DNA from: Nitrosopumilaceae archaeon
GTDB lineage: Archaea; Thermoproteota; Nitrososphaeria; Nitrososphaerales; Nitrosopumilaceae
NCBI GenBank assembly: GCA_052389415.1
Contig: JBQTHX010000018.1
Span: forward strand, 9,558-73,557
Length of the DNA: 64,000 bases
Reading direction: 5' to 3'
The translations under genes and the position numbers were made by a program. The notes below the pieces were generated by a model. That model had not been told where the DNA came from. It was given only the letters and a program-made list of their open reading frames with translations, and searched no databases. This document shows positions 62,712 through 64,000 of the stretch, piece by piece (within the stretch, counting starts at the first letter, position 1; each line of letters opens with the position of its first letter).

Positions 62712-62916
62712 GATACTTTCATCAAGAAAATTTATTTTTCAAGATTTAATTTTTTTGTAGTATTAAGAAAGAAAATATCTGCTAAACAGTATGTCAACGA
62801 AAAAACATACAATAAACTTAGACTGTTTTTTTGAAAATCACTTGTTAATTCTATGGCTTCCAAAGTTGGCAGAGGGGATTTTAATATTACATTTCCAATA
62901 ACCGGAATGTATAAAG

Positions 62917-64000
62917 ATGTTTGAAGAAAAAACACTAGCGAAACTACGAGGTATTATCTTGGCAGTTGTACTGATAAGTGGAACTTTAACCGTCGCATTT
63001 CCATCTGTACTTCCAGATGCATATGCCGCTCCAGCAGGCAAGCCAGCAAAAGTTGTCAACCTCCAAGTAGTGGTTTCTTCATCACAAAATCTTCTAATTT
63101 GGGAAGCTCCAGATGACAATGGTTCACCTATTATTGGTTATCACATAGAAAGACAATCGCCAAACAGTGGTGGTTATGTTGATCTGAGTGCAAATACTGG
63201 TAATACGAATACATTCTTTCTTGATAATATCGGAGTGACCCCATCTACAACTTATAATTACAAAGTTAGCGCAATTAATGCAATTGGAGAAGGTACATCC
63301 GACGAACAGAGAAACGTAACAACCCTTCCTGGACCTTCAGTTACACTTAGTACAACAGCCTCTGATCCAACAAACGTATCACCAATCCCAGTCACAGCAA
63401 CATTTAGCGAAGATGTTTCTGGCTTTACAATAGATGACATTATAGTGACAAACGGAGTTGCTAGTAATTTTGTTGACGTCGATGGCACAATCTACACATT
63501 TGATGTAACACCATCATCTGATGGATTAGTATCAGTAGATGTTCCTGCAAACATAGCTGTTGATATATTAGGATCTCAAAACACTGCAGCGGAAACTCTT
63601 AGTATAACGTATGATGGAACTTCTCCATCTGTCGTATTATCAACAACTGCATCAGATCCAACAAACGTATCACCAATCCCAGTCACAGCAATATTTAGCA
63701 AGAATGTTTCTGGCTTTACAATAGATGACATTACAATAACAAACGGTGTAGCAAGCAACCTTGCAGGTGGACCAAGTGTATACACATTTGATGTTACACC
63801 AGCAGATCAAGGACTAATATCAGTAGACATTGATGCAGACGTTGCAACAGACGGAGTAGGAAACGGTAACACCGCAGCTGCAACACTTAGCATCACCTAT
63901 GATGGAACAGGACCATCTGTCGTATTATCAACAACTGCATCAGATCCAACAAACGTATCACCAATCCCAGTCACAGCAACATTTAGTGAAGATGTAACAG
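62917..64000 (+). CDS. Surface protein with FN3 and tandem Ig-like repeats (runs off the window; absent from ORF track)
   Basis: Open frame from ATG 62917; signal peptide; WEAPDDNGSPIIGY FN3; ~96-aa repeats DPTNVSPIPVTA at 63364, 63655, 63943. Confidence 0.85.
   Translation, partial: MFEEKTLAKLRGIILAVVLISGTLTVAFPSVLPDAYAAPAGKPAKVVNLQVVVSSSQNLLIWEAPDDNGSPIIGYHIERQSPNSGGYVDLSANTGNTNTFFLDNIGVTPSTTYNYKVSAINAIGEGTSDEQRNVTTLPGPSVTLSTTASDPTNVSPIPVTATFSEDVSGFTIDDIIVTNGVASNFVDVDGTIYTFDVTPSSDGLVSVDVPANIAVDILGSQNTAAETLSITYDGTSPSVVLSTTASDPTNVSPIPVTAIFSKNVSGFTIDDITITNGVASNLAGGPSVYTFDVTPADQGLISVDIDADVATDGVGNGNTAAATLSITYDGTGPSVVLSTTASDPTNVSPIPVTATFSEDVT

Overview
Archaeal chromosome segment from an ammonia-oxidising Nitrososphaerota (Thaumarchaeota, Nitrosopumilales-like), judged from EF-1alpha, RpoK/RpoP, S25e, a PEFG-CTERM protein, FBP aldolase/phosphatase, PPDK and 3HP/4HB-cycle genes. 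Most of the window is housekeeping. The exception is an ~11.7 kb tyrosine-integrase island (11425-23126) bounded by a perfect 13-bp direct repeat (GTTCGCCTTTCAA) that contains the TTG start codon of the tRNA-splicing endonuclease gene endA. The island carries: (i) three non-coding modules with identical geometry (palindrome, then motif copies at +18/+21/+23 bp) but a different core motif in each; (ii) an intact Endonuclease IV paralogue with metal ligands selectively replaced (H>K, H>K, E>Q, D>N, plus Y>I), flanked by CGTAATC-N8-GATTACG sites like a cassette; (iii) a Lamassu/DdmABC-type defence operon with a frameshifted nuclease; (iv) a DUF1611-ABC exporter-M14 peptidase operon. Outside the island, a two-domain SDR resembles Chloroflexus malonyl-CoA reductase, and the window ends with repeat-rich surface proteins. 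No tRNA, rRNA or CRISPR array was recognised. Family calls come from motif recognition, not database searches.
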